In this document: piece by piece, positions 55,223 to 64,000 of the stretch
Layout: every line of letters begins with the position of its first letter
How positions within the stretch are numbered: position 1 is the first letter of the stretch
Notes under the pieces: generated by a model
What the model was told of the DNA's origin: nothing
Databases searched by the model: none
Seen by the model: the letters and a program-made list of their open reading frames with translations, nothing else
Program-made: the position numbers and the translations under genes
Assembly: GCA_045588325.1 (NCBI GenBank)
Contig: JAZNEA010000057.1
Span: 1,089-65,088, forward strand
Direction: 5' to 3'
Origin: Clostridia bacterium
GTDB taxonomy: Bacteria > Bacillota > Clostridia > RGIG7378
Length of the DNA: 64,000 nucleotides

Positions 55223-57613
55223 ATGGGACGCAGCAAGATAGAATTATTGTGTCCGGCAGGCAATATGGAGTCGGCAAAGGCCGCCATTCAGATGGGGGCA
55301 GATGCCATATATCTTGGCATGCAAAAGTTTAATGCCAGGGCCAATGCAGGCAATTTTTCTGACGAACAGCTAAAGGAGTGCATACAGTACGCCCATCTGC
55401 TGGGAGTAAAGGTGTTTCTTACATCCAACACATTAGTGCACGAGGACGAGACAGAACTCGCCCTGGAGCAGATCGAAATCGCATACAAATTGGGGATAGA
55501 TGCCGTTATCCTGCAGGACTTGGGACTAGCATCCCTGGTACATAGCAGATTGCCAAACCTCCCCATGCATGCCAGTACACAGTTGACAATATATAACAGA
55601 GAGGGAGCCCTGGCCATGAAGGCTATGGGCTTTAGTCGCGTTATTCTGGCCAGAGAGTGTGGCATTGAGGATATCAGGGACATTTGTTCTGCCTGCGGAG
55701 ATGACATGGAGGTAGAGGTGTTCGTCCATGGCGCAGTATGCGTCAGCTATTCCGGCCAGTGCCTCATGAGCTCCAAATTGGCCAACAGGAGCGGTAACAG
55801 GGGACAGTGCGCTCAGTTGTGCCGCATGTGCTACAGCATTAATACAGACAAAAATACACCCCCATACCTGCTGAGTCCTAAGGACTTGTGTTTGCTGGAC
55901 AGGCTGGAGGAGCTGGGCGAGGCGGGAGTGTGTTGCCTCAAAATAGAGGGACGCATGAAGACTCCCGAATACGTAGGTGCTGTTACAGAGGTGTATAGGC
56001 GACGTCTGGACGGACACAGAGCTCAGATAGACAGGCAGGACCTGTTGCAGGCATTCAATCGCAATGGATTTACAGAACTCTATTATGATACCAGGGCAGC
56101 GGTGAATAAGCCTGGATTGGATCAGATGTCCGCCGCAAAGCCTAAGAATTGGGGACTGCCGCTGGGCAAGATCGTCGGAATTCGCAGGGAATATGATCGT
56201 ACCGCCAATATGAAATTCCTCATGGTGAACGTTAGGTTACAGACACCGGTGGCCTTGGGGGATGGCATAGAGATCATGACTGGAGGCACCACAGACGATC
56301 CCGGAACCATAGTTACAGAAATCGTAGTGGCCAAGGGACGCAAAACTACAGCCCAGGCAGGAGAAACTGTCTGGCTAGGACGTCTGCCCCAGGATGGGCG
56401 GATCCAGGTAGGCATGGAGCTGCGAAAGACAGGCGATGCCCAAAGCCGCAAGGCCATTTTGCACACAGTCCAGCAGGAGTCCCGCAAGAGGCCGATTGCC
56501 ATGGAGATGATGGTAGACACGACAGGTCAGGGCACATTGGTAGCCAGAGCAGGTCACATAGAGGCCAGGGGCACAGAGCAAATACTGGCTCAGGTAGATC
56601 GTCCAGGCCCATATACAGACAGATTGAGACAGCAACTTACAAAGACAGGCAACACACCATTTGTGGTGGAGCACCTGGAGATAGGCGGAGATGCCCAGGG
56701 GGCATTGATTGTGTCTGCCGTAAATGGCTTGAGGCGCAAGGTGCTGGAGAGCCTGTCGCAGGCCATCCTACAGGATAGCCAGAGGGACATCAGGATAGTG
56801 GACTGTGCCATGGAGCCCAAGGTATATCCAGCAGAGATCGTCCACGAACCAATCAACGCGCTGTGCGTAGAGACTGCAAAGGAGGCTCTGGAGGCCAGCG
56901 CCACAGGAGAATACAACCAATACATCCTGCCAATTAGTAGTGTCTGGAACCAGGACTACAGGGAGTTGGATGCTCTGGGATTGGCGTACAGATTCAGATT
57001 GCCCGCCATTTCCAGGGGCACAGTAGATAGACAGCTCCGTTCCGGACAGGAGGCATTGACCCATGCCCTAAAGGGGGAAAACTGCCAGGGCCTTATCCTG
57101 GGCAACATCGGGCAGTTGTGGTTGGCCCCACTATGCAAGGAACTGGGCAAAACCGTCACAGCAGACTACACATTCAATATATGCAATATAGCAGCCGCCA
57201 GGGCATGCCTTGACCTGGGCGTAGATTATCTGTTCCCCTCTGTTGAGGTGGAGGAGGACCAGGAGTTCATGGAAAGCCTGTGCGCCTCTTTGCCTGGCAG
57301 AATCGAGCTTAGGAACCATGGATTCATCCCCCTGATGACGTCGGACTTTTGCCCTGTGGGGGCTTACCTGGGAGGCAAAAAAACTAGTCGCCATACCTGT
57401 TCGCACCCCTGCACGGAGGGACGGTACACCATACAGGACAGCCGAGGCAGGGTGTTTCCTCTGGTGTGTCAGAGACAGGATTGTCGCTGCGTCATAATGT
57501 CAAACGAGGCAATAGAGAACCCCGCCCTGGCAAATGGCATTCCCGAGGGAGTCAGAGGCATTCGCCAGGACAAAGATATGTCAGAACATCTTGCTAACAG
57601 TAAACATGTCTGA
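55223..57613 (+). CDS. Peptidase U32 family protein (collagenase-like, long form with a C-terminal extension)
   Basis: The N-terminus MGRSKIELLCPAGNMESAKAAIQMGADAIYLG and the conserved Cys cluster (CVSYSGQCLMSS...CAQLCRMC) identify U32. Confidence 0.85.
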   Translation: MGRSKIELLCPAGNMESAKAAIQMGADAIYLGMQKFNARANAGNFSDEQLKECIQYAHLLGVKVFLTSNTLVHEDETELALEQIEIAYKLGIDAVILQDLGLASLVHSRLPNLPMHASTQLTIYNREGALAMKAMGFSRVILARECGIEDIRDICSACGDDMEVEVFVHGAVCVSYSGQCLMSSKLANRSGNRGQCAQLCRMCYSINTDKNTPPYLLSPKDLCLLDRLEELGEAGVCCLKIEGRMKTPEYVGAVTEVYRRRLDGHRAQIDRQDLLQAFNRNGFTELYYDTRAAVNKPGLDQMSAAKPKNWGLPLGKIVGIRREYDRTANMKFLMVNVRLQTPVALGDGIEIMTGGTTDDPGTIVTEIVVAKGRKTTAQAGETVWLGRLPQDGRIQVGMELRKTGDAQSRKAILHTVQQESRKRPIAMEMMVDTTGQGTLVARAGHIEARGTEQILAQVDRPGPYTDRLRQQLTKTGNTPFVVEHLEIGGDAQGALIVSAVNGLRRKVLESLSQAILQDSQRDIRIVDCAMEPKVYPAEIVHEPINALCVETAKEALEASATGEYNQYILPISSVWNQDYRELDALGLAYRFRLPAISRGTVDRQLRSGQEALTHALKGENCQGLILGNIGQLWLAPLCKELGKTVTADYTFNICNIAAARACLDLGVDYLFPSVEVEEDQEFMESLCASLPGRIELRNHGFIPLMTSDFCPVGAYLGGKKTSRHTCSHPCTEGRYTIQDSRGRVFPLVCQRQDCRCVIMSNEAIENPALANGIPEGVRGIRQDKDMSEHLANSKHV

Positions 57614-58726
57614 GAGGACTTGCCACGCAGGCCTATACAAGTATTGCAGGTTCCAATAGCTAACCCCGCCCAATCCATATTCATTTATCAGCTCCAGCTG
57701 AGCTCTCTGGCTCCTGGGGTCTTCGAACCATACTACATGACTGTTGCCGCTGGTATCCGTATAGTTGTAATAGGGCGTCTGGCTGTCCTGGTCAAATTCG
57801 ATGGTAGCACCCATAGTTACTGCGCGATTGAGGGCGGCGTTGGGCGATAGTATTTCTGCAGCAGTTCCCTGGCGGTAGGGGAGAGTCCAGTCGTAGCCAT
57901 ACAGGGGCATTCCCAGCAGTATTTTCTCAGGAGGTATCTGAGTTACGGCATAGTCCAAAACCTTGCGAACCTGATTGACGGGGGCAGTTGACATGGGCGG
58001 GCCATACAGGTAACCCCATTCGTAGGTCATAAGGATTACATAATCCGCCACTTGACCATGGAATGCGTAGTCATGGGCCTCGTACAGCAAACCCTGTTGT
58101 GTACCCGACTGTTTCGGGGCCAGGGCTGTCATGAGCACATATCCACCCGGCTGCAGCAGTTCCGATAGCTCCGAAATAAAGGAATTGTAGGTGGCACGGT
58201 CCTGGGGATAAAGATATTCCAGATCGACATTGATCCCAAAATAGCTCTTGGACTCCAATGTGGCCAAAATGTTCTGCATCAGAGTGGACCTTAGGGCAGG
58301 ATCGTTCAGTACCTGTGAGGCTGTCTCACTGGAAAATCCTCCAGAGGCCCTGGTGTTTGTGAGAACCATGAGGGGAGCGGTGGAGGTGGCATAACTGCTG
58401 CGAATAAGTCGTGCATCGTCCACAGGTTCCAGACTGCCGTCGGCCTCCATCCTGTAGGAGAATATGGACAGATAGGTCAAGTAGGGGAGTGCGCTGGCCA
58501 ATGCCACATTCCCTATGGTGGGATAGGCGTAGCCGTTGACAACAATGGTGGGTTTGGGCACAGGACTCTCAGTTACCTCGCCCCCTGGGATAATCAGTGA
58601 TTGGCCTGGCACAAGGCGATTGGGATATGTGAGCTGATTTACATAGGCTAAGGCCTCTGCATTGGTGCCGGTTCTGTCGGCGATGGAGTACAGGGTATCA
58701 CCTCGTCTGACTTCGTAAATTTCCAT
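57581..58726 (-). CDS. LysM-domain glycoside hydrolase family 18 (YaaH/YdhD/SleL-like spore peptidoglycan hydrolase)
   Basis: The N-terminal LysM (YEVRRGDTLYSIADRTGTNAEALAYVNQL) is followed by a GH18 TIM barrel whose catalytic motif is GINVDLEYL. Confidence 0.85.
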   Translation of the reverse strand: MEIYEVRRGDTLYSIADRTGTNAEALAYVNQLTYPNRLVPGQSLIIPGGEVTESPVPKPTIVVNGYAYPTIGNVALASALPYLTYLSIFSYRMEADGSLEPVDDARLIRSSYATSTAPLMVLTNTRASGGFSSETASQVLNDPALRSTLMQNILATLESKSYFGINVDLEYLYPQDRATYNSFISELSELLQPGGYVLMTALAPKQSGTQQGLLYEAHDYAFHGQVADYVILMTYEWGYLYGPPMSTAPVNQVRKVLDYAVTQIPPEKILLGMPLYGYDWTLPYRQGTAAEILSPNAALNRAVTMGATIEFDQDSQTPYYNYTDTSGNSHVVWFEDPRSQRAQLELINEYGLGGVSYWNLQYLYRPAWQVLSDMFTVSKMF

Positions 58727-58778
58727 TTTTCCTCGACAAAAAGAGGCTTCTGATTATCTATATGCCGGAGCGGAAAGT

Positions 58779-58809
58779 TTTGACAGCCTTTTTGGGCAGG
58801 TGCTATAAT
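58779..58809 (+). promoter_or_regulatory. Sigma-A promoter for tRNA-Ala (TTGACA, 18-19 nt, TATAAT)
   Basis: Consensus hexamers, with the -10 about 10 nt upstream of the tRNA 5' end. Confidence 0.55.
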
Positions 58810-58819
58810 CTATGAGCTC

Positions 58820-58895
58820 GGGGCATTAGCACAGTTGGTAGCGCGCTACATTCGCATTGTAGAGGTCGCCGGTTCGACTCCGGTATGCTCCACCA
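58820..58895 (+). tRNA. tRNA-Ala (anticodon CGC) with encoded CCA
   Basis: It folds into a cloverleaf with acceptor GGGGCAU/AUGCUCC, including the G3:U70 Ala identity pair. The anticodon loop is UUCGCAU, the T-arm is GCCGG-UUCGACU-CCGGU, and CCA is at the 3' end. A terminator hairpin GCCTCT...AGAGGC + T5 follows. Confidence 0.85.
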
Positions 58896-59001
58896 AGAGA
58901 GGCCTCTATTGCCGCCAGTGCAACAGAGGCTTTTTACATATTGGTAATGGGTGTGTTATAATGAGTTTAAATTTGTCGAAACCATTTAGAGGATATATAC
59001 A

Positions 59002-59463
59002 ATGAACTGGCTTGTAGATCTAATATTGAATCCCTTTCTGAGCACTGCCATATCGTCATGGCTGATTGCCCAGCTACTAAAATTGGTTATTCACACAGCT
59101 GTCAATAAAAAGTTTGCTATAGAGAGGCTGTTTGGCGACGGAGGCATGCCCAGCGGACACTCGGCTACAGTTGTTTCGTTGGCAACCATGGCTGCCCTCA
59201 CATATGGACCAGCGTCGTTTGAATTTGCTGCCACATTTGTGTTGGCTACTATAGTTTGCCACGATGCAATGGGAGTTCGACTGGAGACAGGCAAGCAGGC
59301 CATGCTGATTAACGAGATTATCGAGTCGTTTGACCTGTTGGCCTCGGAGAAACTGCCAGAGGTTAAGCTCAAAGAGTTGGTTGGTCATACACCGCTGCAG
59401 GTGGTGGCAGGATCCATCCTCGGCATTATAAATGCAGTGATTATGTATTATTGGGTATTTTGA
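59002..59463 (+). CDS. Divergent PAP2-family membrane protein (YuiD/DUF212)
   Basis: ...FGDGGMPSGHSATVVSLATMAA...CHDAMGVRLETGKQA... matches the YuiD acid-phosphatase/haloperoxidase-related family. Confidence 0.8.
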   Translation: MNWLVDLILNPFLSTAISSWLIAQLLKLVIHTAVNKKFAIERLFGDGGMPSGHSATVVSLATMAALTYGPASFEFAATFVLATIVCHDAMGVRLETGKQAMLINEIIESFDLLASEKLPEVKLKELVGHTPLQVVAGSILGIINAVIMYYWVF

Positions 59464-59470
59464 TATGAGC

Positions 59471-59499
59471 ACTCCCGGGAGAACGGGGGTGTTTTTTTG
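59471..59499 (+). terminator. Rho-independent terminator (ACTCCCGGGAGAACGGGGGTG + T7)
   Basis: Hairpin plus T-run directly after the yuiD-like stop. Confidence 0.6.
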
Positions 59500-59560
59500 T
59501 GGTTGTCTCAACCACCCCACACAAATCAAAAGCCGTCGGGATCAACTCGACGGCCTTGTT

Positions 59561-60238
59561 TTACAGTTTTAATTCAAATTTCCCACTCCTTAGCACCTTG
59601 GCCAGTTCCTGGGTGGTGTGCACCCTATGCTCCAGCACCACGCCGTTGGCATCGTCAAAGTTTGTGTCGTGCCAGTCGCTGCCGGCTATGGCGATCAGCC
59701 CCTCGGGCGAGAGTCGCGTCATGGCCTCCTGATTCTCCAGCGGGGTGTTGCTCCTGTTGTATCCCTCAAATCCATCCACCAGATCGATCATGCCAGGCAT
59801 GGGCATTGGCCATGGGATATATGATTTTGTTCTGAAGGGGTGAGCGAATGCAATAAATCCGCCTGCGCCTCTCACAACCTCACTCCATGTGGGCAGGTCT
59901 GCAGCTCTGAGCTCTGGATGTTCCAGCAGGAACTCCGGATCTATGCCGTACACCAGGGCCTCCTTGCCTCTGGCGTAGCCCTGTTCCACTCCAAACAGCA
60001 GGTCAAAGTCCAATTCCCTGGCTGTTTTTAGCCCCTCATAGTAGCAGGAGCAGAATTCCTCTACCAGCTGTTCCCAGGGCAGGCCTATGTCAACAGAAGT
60101 GTTGCCGCCGGTAAAGTGATTGGTCACTACAGCTCCTGTAAAACCCACCTCTTTGTATCTGCGGATCATGTCGTGAATGGATGAGTGGGCGCATTTGCTG
60201 CCCTCCATGGTATGCATATGCAGTTCGTACAGGTACAT
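59561..60238 (-). CDS. PHP-domain (polymerase/histidinol-phosphatase-like) metal-dependent phosphoesterase
   Basis: The N-terminus reads YELHMHTMEGSKCAHSS, and downstream His-rich motifs follow (AFAHPFR...DWHD). Confidence 0.75.
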   Translation of the reverse strand: MYLYELHMHTMEGSKCAHSSIHDMIRRYKEVGFTGAVVTNHFTGGNTSVDIGLPWEQLVEEFCSCYYEGLKTARELDFDLLFGVEQGYARGKEALVYGIDPEFLLEHPELRAADLPTWSEVVRGAGGFIAFAHPFRTKSYIPWPMPMPGMIDLVDGFEGYNRSNTPLENQEAMTRLSPEGLIAIAGSDWHDTNFDDANGVVLEHRVHTTQELAKVLRSGKFELKL

Positions 60239-60253
60239 ATTCGTCTCCTTATC

Positions 60254-60964
60254 TTATATTTTGTCTGCTAAGTAGTTCAAAAGGTCATTCAGGCTGCCCT
60301 GGGGGTAATTTGCTATGTCCAGCCCCTTGCTGTTGATGAGGCAGTCGGTGACCAGGTATACCTCCATGCCAAGGTTGGATGCAATCATATCCTCGGCCAC
60401 ATCATTGCCCACCATGAGGCACTCCTTGGGATCCAATCCCATCTTATCCAGTATCTCCTCGTAGTACTTGATGTTAGGCTTACAGAAGTGACTGTTCTCA
60501 TAGGTGGTGACCAGGGCAAAATCCTCGCAGTCCAGCCCAGCCCATCTGATGCGGCTGTTGGTAGCAACCGCGGGGAACACAGGATTAGTGGCCAGTATGA
60601 GAGTTATCCCCTTGTCCTTCAGGAACTTTACCACCTGATTTGCCATGGGGTCGTATCCACATGCATTGGCAACCTCCTGGAACTTGTCCTGGTAGAACTC
60701 CTCAAAGATGGCCATATCGCTCTTTACCTGGTCGCCACACATGGATGTGATGGTCTGCCAGAACATATCCTCGTTGCTCAGGGTGCCGTCCGCCTTAATC
60801 ACAGCCATGGTGCTGGCCCAGATGGACTTGACCAATGTTTCCGGCTCATATCCATGGGGTGCCATGTGCGCAGCCAGCTTGCCCATGTATGCCTTGAGAA
60901 ATATTTCCTGGTCCATAGGAAGCAGCGTTCCGTCCAGGTCAAACAGTACTGTCTTGATGCTCAT
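60254..60964 (-). CDS. HAD-superfamily hydrolase (YjjG/5'-nucleotidase-like)
   Basis: Motif I is VLFDLDGTL, and motif IV is MVGNDVAEDMIAS. Confidence 0.8.
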   Translation of the reverse strand: MSIKTVLFDLDGTLLPMDQEIFLKAYMGKLAAHMAPHGYEPETLVKSIWASTMAVIKADGTLSNEDMFWQTITSMCGDQVKSDMAIFEEFYQDKFQEVANACGYDPMANQVVKFLKDKGITLILATNPVFPAVATNSRIRWAGLDCEDFALVTTYENSHFCKPNIKYYEEILDKMGLDPKECLMVGNDVAEDMIASNLGMEVYLVTDCLINSKGLDIANYPQGSLNDLLNYLADKI

Positions 60965-61137
60965 ATTTGCTCCTGAAAATAGGTTTTTGTCGGACGATTC
61001 TATCCTAATCTAAACTGCATGGTTTTTGCAAGAAAAATAGCAAAAATTTGGACAGATAATCTATTGACTTTATTAATAGGCGTTAGTATATTTCCCTTGA
61101 TGATGAGAGCTTGACTATTAGGATTGCGCGGAGAGAT

Positions 61138-62532
61138 ATGAGAGGCTTTTTTAGCAAGTTTATTGGGGACAAGAACTTCTATCGCAGAGTGGTGGCGGTA
61201 ACCTTGCCCATTATGCTGCAGAACGTTATTACAAACTTTGTCAGCTTGCTGGACAATGTCATGGTTGGCCAGATAGGAACGGAGCAGATGACAGGTGTTT
61301 CCATCGTGAACCAGCTGCTCTTTGTGTTCAATCTGTGCATTTTTGGAGGCGTGGCAGGTCCGGGTATTTTCTCAGCTCAGTTCTCCGGCAAGGGGGATAC
61401 CGACGGAGTCAGATATAGCTTCAGAGCCAAGATTATTATGGCCATTGCTGTTACCGGTATATTTGTGACAGCGCTTATTCCGTGGCACGACCAGCTCATA
61501 TCCCTCTTTATCCACCAGGGAGAGGAGAACCTGGATATGGTCGCCACACTGGCATTTGGCAAGCAGTACCTGTGGATTATGCTGCTGGGATTGCCGGCCT
61601 TTGCCTTGTCTAATTGCTACGCCAGCACCCTTAGAGAGTGTGGAGAGACAGTACTCCCCATGAAGGCCGGAGTTGCTGCAGTTGTGATTAACTGCCTGCT
61701 GAACTACGTGCTGATTTTTGGCAAGCTGGGTGCTCCTCAGCTGGGCGTACAGGGCGCAGCTATTGCCACCGTCGTTTCCAGATATGTTGAGGTTGGCATT
61801 CTGATTGCCTGGACACATATGAACAAGGCCAAGAATCCATTTATTGTTGGGGCATACAGGAGTTTGAGAGTTCCTAAGGCCCTGGCCCTGGACATTATTA
61901 TCAAGGGAGCCCCCTTACTGATTAATGAGGGACTTTGGTCTGCAGGCATGACCATGCTCAACCAGTGCTATTCCACACGAGGACTGGAGGTGGTTTCGGC
62001 GGTTAATATATCATCCACCGTTTCCAATCTGTTCTTCTGTGCATTCTTCGCCTTTGGCAATGCTGTTTCCATCATGGTGGGTCAGCTGTTAGGTGCAGGC
62101 GAACTGGAAAAGGCCAGAGACGAGGACCGCAAACTTATCGCCTGCTCAGTCATAACCAGTACGGTTATGGGCATAGTGTTGTTCCTGACAGCCCGTCATA
62201 TTCCGGAGCTCTACAACACCACACCCATGGTCAAGGAGATAGCCAGCCAATTCCTCATGGTCAACGCATTGTTTATGCCCATCAACGGCTTTATTCACAC
62301 GGTGTATTTCACCCTGAGGTGCGGAGGCAAGACTATCATCACATTCCTGTTTGATAGCGCGTTCACCTGGTGCCTGTGCGTTCCCGTTGCATTTGTGCTA
62401 TCCAGGTTTACTGGCTTGTACGTTGTATACATTTTCCTGGCAGTATACAGTTGCGACCTTATTAAAACGGTAGTAGGATCTGTCCTTTTGAAAAAGGGCA
62501 GTTGGATTAACAATCTTGTTGCAGAAAAGTAG
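61138..62532 (+). CDS. MATE-family efflux transporter
   Basis: It has 12 TM helices and is MatE/NorM-like (...LPIMLQNVITNFVSLLDNVMVGQIG...). Confidence 0.85.
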   Translation: MRGFFSKFIGDKNFYRRVVAVTLPIMLQNVITNFVSLLDNVMVGQIGTEQMTGVSIVNQLLFVFNLCIFGGVAGPGIFSAQFSGKGDTDGVRYSFRAKIIMAIAVTGIFVTALIPWHDQLISLFIHQGEENLDMVATLAFGKQYLWIMLLGLPAFALSNCYASTLRECGETVLPMKAGVAAVVINCLLNYVLIFGKLGAPQLGVQGAAIATVVSRYVEVGILIAWTHMNKAKNPFIVGAYRSLRVPKALALDIIIKGAPLLINEGLWSAGMTMLNQCYSTRGLEVVSAVNISSTVSNLFFCAFFAFGNAVSIMVGQLLGAGELEKARDEDRKLIACSVITSTVMGIVLFLTARHIPELYNTTPMVKEIASQFLMVNALFMPINGFIHTVYFTLRCGGKTIITFLFDSAFTWCLCVPVAFVLSRFTGLYVVYIFLAVYSCDLIKTVVGSVLLKKGSWINNLVAEK

Positions 62533-62546
62533 GTTTACAAAGTAGT

Positions 62547-63923
62547 ATGAAGAGTTTGTTTAAAGAAAGACGAATCGTGGATATGACCGTGGGCAGCCCG
62601 CTGAGGTTGATTCTGGTGTTCGCTATCCCCATGTTCATGGGCAACATCTTCCAACAGTTGTACAATATCTTTGACACCATGGTGGCGGGATATGCTCTGG
62701 GAGATGACGTCATCGCCGCTATCAGTTCCACCACACAGTTCTCGTTTTTGATTATCGGATTCGCCAATGGCATGAACAGCGGTTTTGGCATGATGATTGC
62801 CAGGGCATTTGGAAACAAGGACCCATATAAGGTTAAGCATACTGTGGCCATGGCACTGATTCTGAACACAGTTTCTGCTGTGATATTCACGACCCTGTCA
62901 GTGAGCCTCATGAGGACCATGTTGGAGTTCTTGGAGACACCTACAGATATCTTTGATGACGCCTACGCATATGCCATAATCATAGTTGCAGGCCTCTGCA
63001 CAAACTTGTTCTTTAACATGGGGTCAGGACTCATGAGCGCAGTGGGCAACAGCATTAAGCCCCTGATGTTCCTGATTATTTCGTGCTTTATGAATATCGG
63101 TATGGATGTGTTATTTGTGGTTGTTCTCGACCTGAAGGTTGCTGGATTGGCTCTGGCTACTGTTATTGCTCAGGGAGCATCTGCGATAATGTGTTTTTCC
63201 TACGTACTCAGGAATTACCCGGAACTGGTGCCGTCCAGAGAGCATTTCCGCATAGAGTGGAAGTATTTGTTTGATATGTTCGGCACAGGCCTTGCCATGG
63301 GCTTTACCAGTTCCATTTACGCCATTGGTTCCGTCGCAATGCAGCGCTCCATCAACCTGCTGGGCAAGACCTACATCACAGCCAATGCAGATGCGCGTAA
63401 GCTGCTGAGTTTGGGCATGCAGCCCTTGTCCACAATTGGTACTGCTACGGCAACATATGCTGCCCAGAACTACGGCGCAGGCAAGGTTGACAGAGTTTCC
63501 AAGGGCTTTAAGCAGGTCATCCTCATTGGTTTTGCGTGGACTGCCGTTTCCACAGCGTTTATCTATGTGGCAGCACCATTCCTGGTCAGAATTATGACAG
63601 GTACTGACAATCCGGATGTTATCGCTAATGCTCACCTGTTCCTCAAGTTAAACTATCCCTTCTATCTGGCACTGGGCCCGTTGTTCGTTCTGCGACTGGG
63701 ACTTCAGGCATTGGGAGTCAAGGTGATGCCGGTTATTTCCAGCCTTATCGAGCTGTTTGGCAAGCTGATCTCGGCAATATGGTTTGTGCCTGTATATGGA
63801 TTTGTAGCTGTATGTCTCACAGAGCCCGTGTTGTGGGTGGCCTGTGCAGTATGGCTGGTCTTCTCCTATATGGTGAACATGCCACGATTGAGAAGGGCAT
63901 TGGAACAAAAACAAGCAACCTGA
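62547..63923 (+). CDS. MATE-family efflux transporter (second, tandem)
   Basis: It has 12 TM helices and is MatE-like (...PMFMGNIFQQLYNIFDTMVAGYALG...). It is a paralogue of the upstream gene. Confidence 0.85.
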   Translation: MKSLFKERRIVDMTVGSPLRLILVFAIPMFMGNIFQQLYNIFDTMVAGYALGDDVIAAISSTTQFSFLIIGFANGMNSGFGMMIARAFGNKDPYKVKHTVAMALILNTVSAVIFTTLSVSLMRTMLEFLETPTDIFDDAYAYAIIIVAGLCTNLFFNMGSGLMSAVGNSIKPLMFLIISCFMNIGMDVLFVVVLDLKVAGLALATVIAQGASAIMCFSYVLRNYPELVPSREHFRIEWKYLFDMFGTGLAMGFTSSIYAIGSVAMQRSINLLGKTYITANADARKLLSLGMQPLSTIGTATATYAAQNYGAGKVDRVSKGFKQVILIGFAWTAVSTAFIYVAAPFLVRIMTGTDNPDVIANAHLFLKLNYPFYLALGPLFVLRLGLQALGVKVMPVISSLIELFGKLISAIWFVPVYGFVAVCLTEPVLWVACAVWLVFSYMVNMPRLRRALEQKQAT

Positions 63924-63948
63924 TTTGTTGAAAATTAAAAGCACCCTT

Positions 63949-63990
63949 GAGAGAGACACTTCGTAAGGAAGTTGTCTCTCTCGTTTTTTA
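63949..63990 (+). terminator. Rho-independent terminator (GAGAGAGACACTTC-GTAAG-GAAGTTGTCTCTCTC + T-run)
   Basis: A ~14-bp stem with one bulge, followed by GTTTTTTA. Confidence 0.7.
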
Positions 63991-64000
63991 TCTACACAAA

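Overview
This window is a chromosomal segment from a spore-forming Clostridia-type Firmicute, roughly 50% GC. Evidence for that placement: an alpha/beta-type SASP gene, a LysM-GH18 cortex-lytic-type enzyme, remA, and the Firmicute order ffs(SRP RNA)-dnaX-ybaB-recR.

Most of the window is conserved housekeeping. It carries TadC/FHA pilus genes, SRP RNA, dnaX-ybaB-recR, a lysA-like decarboxylase, folD and a UvrD-like helicase. Further along are comEC-holA-recJ-rsmE-yicC, remA-rpoZ-glyQS-ppdK, secA, thrC, hom, prfA, sua5, dCMP deaminase, a WecA/MraY-like transferase, murA and a U32 peptidase. It ends with tRNA-Ala(CGC) and two tandem MATE transporters. Several secreted cell-wall enzymes (SH3b-NlpC/P60, SH3b-M14 carboxypeptidase, a polysaccharide deacetylase, a BspA-type LRR surface protein) share Pro/Thr-rich tandem-repeat linkers.

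Two places break the synteny and are the main hunting ground:

1. A cytoplasmic TIR_2-domain + BspA-type LRR protein (20022-21422) sits between yicC and remA. gmk, which is normally at this locus, is absent.

2. An AT-rich accessory island of about 10 kb (roughly 26.2-36.1 kb) lies between ppdK and a DedA/TVP38 gene. It carries an XRE regulator and an HTH-plus-helical-domain protein followed by a tiny Met/Asp-rich ORF. It also carries an HTH + small-membrane-protein pair, an RHH-type gene with stacked palindromic operators, several orphan small proteins, a HAD hydrolase and a lipoprotein. The last elements are a 5'-truncated RHS/YD-repeat C-terminal fragment (glycine-zipper membrane-toxin tip, with a downstream immunity-like gene, bounded by ~57-nt imperfect direct repeats) and a second TIR_2 protein (35100-36083) that is a paralogue of the TIR-LRR protein.

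The two TIR paralogues, with LRR or unknown sensor domains and no recognisable Thoeris ThsA partner, are my best candidate for an undescribed defence-type system.

Everything here is read by eye from the sequence and the ORF track; no BLAST or HMM searches were run. CDS coordinates rest on the ORF track. Coordinates of non-CDS features were hand-counted and may be off by 1-10 nt.
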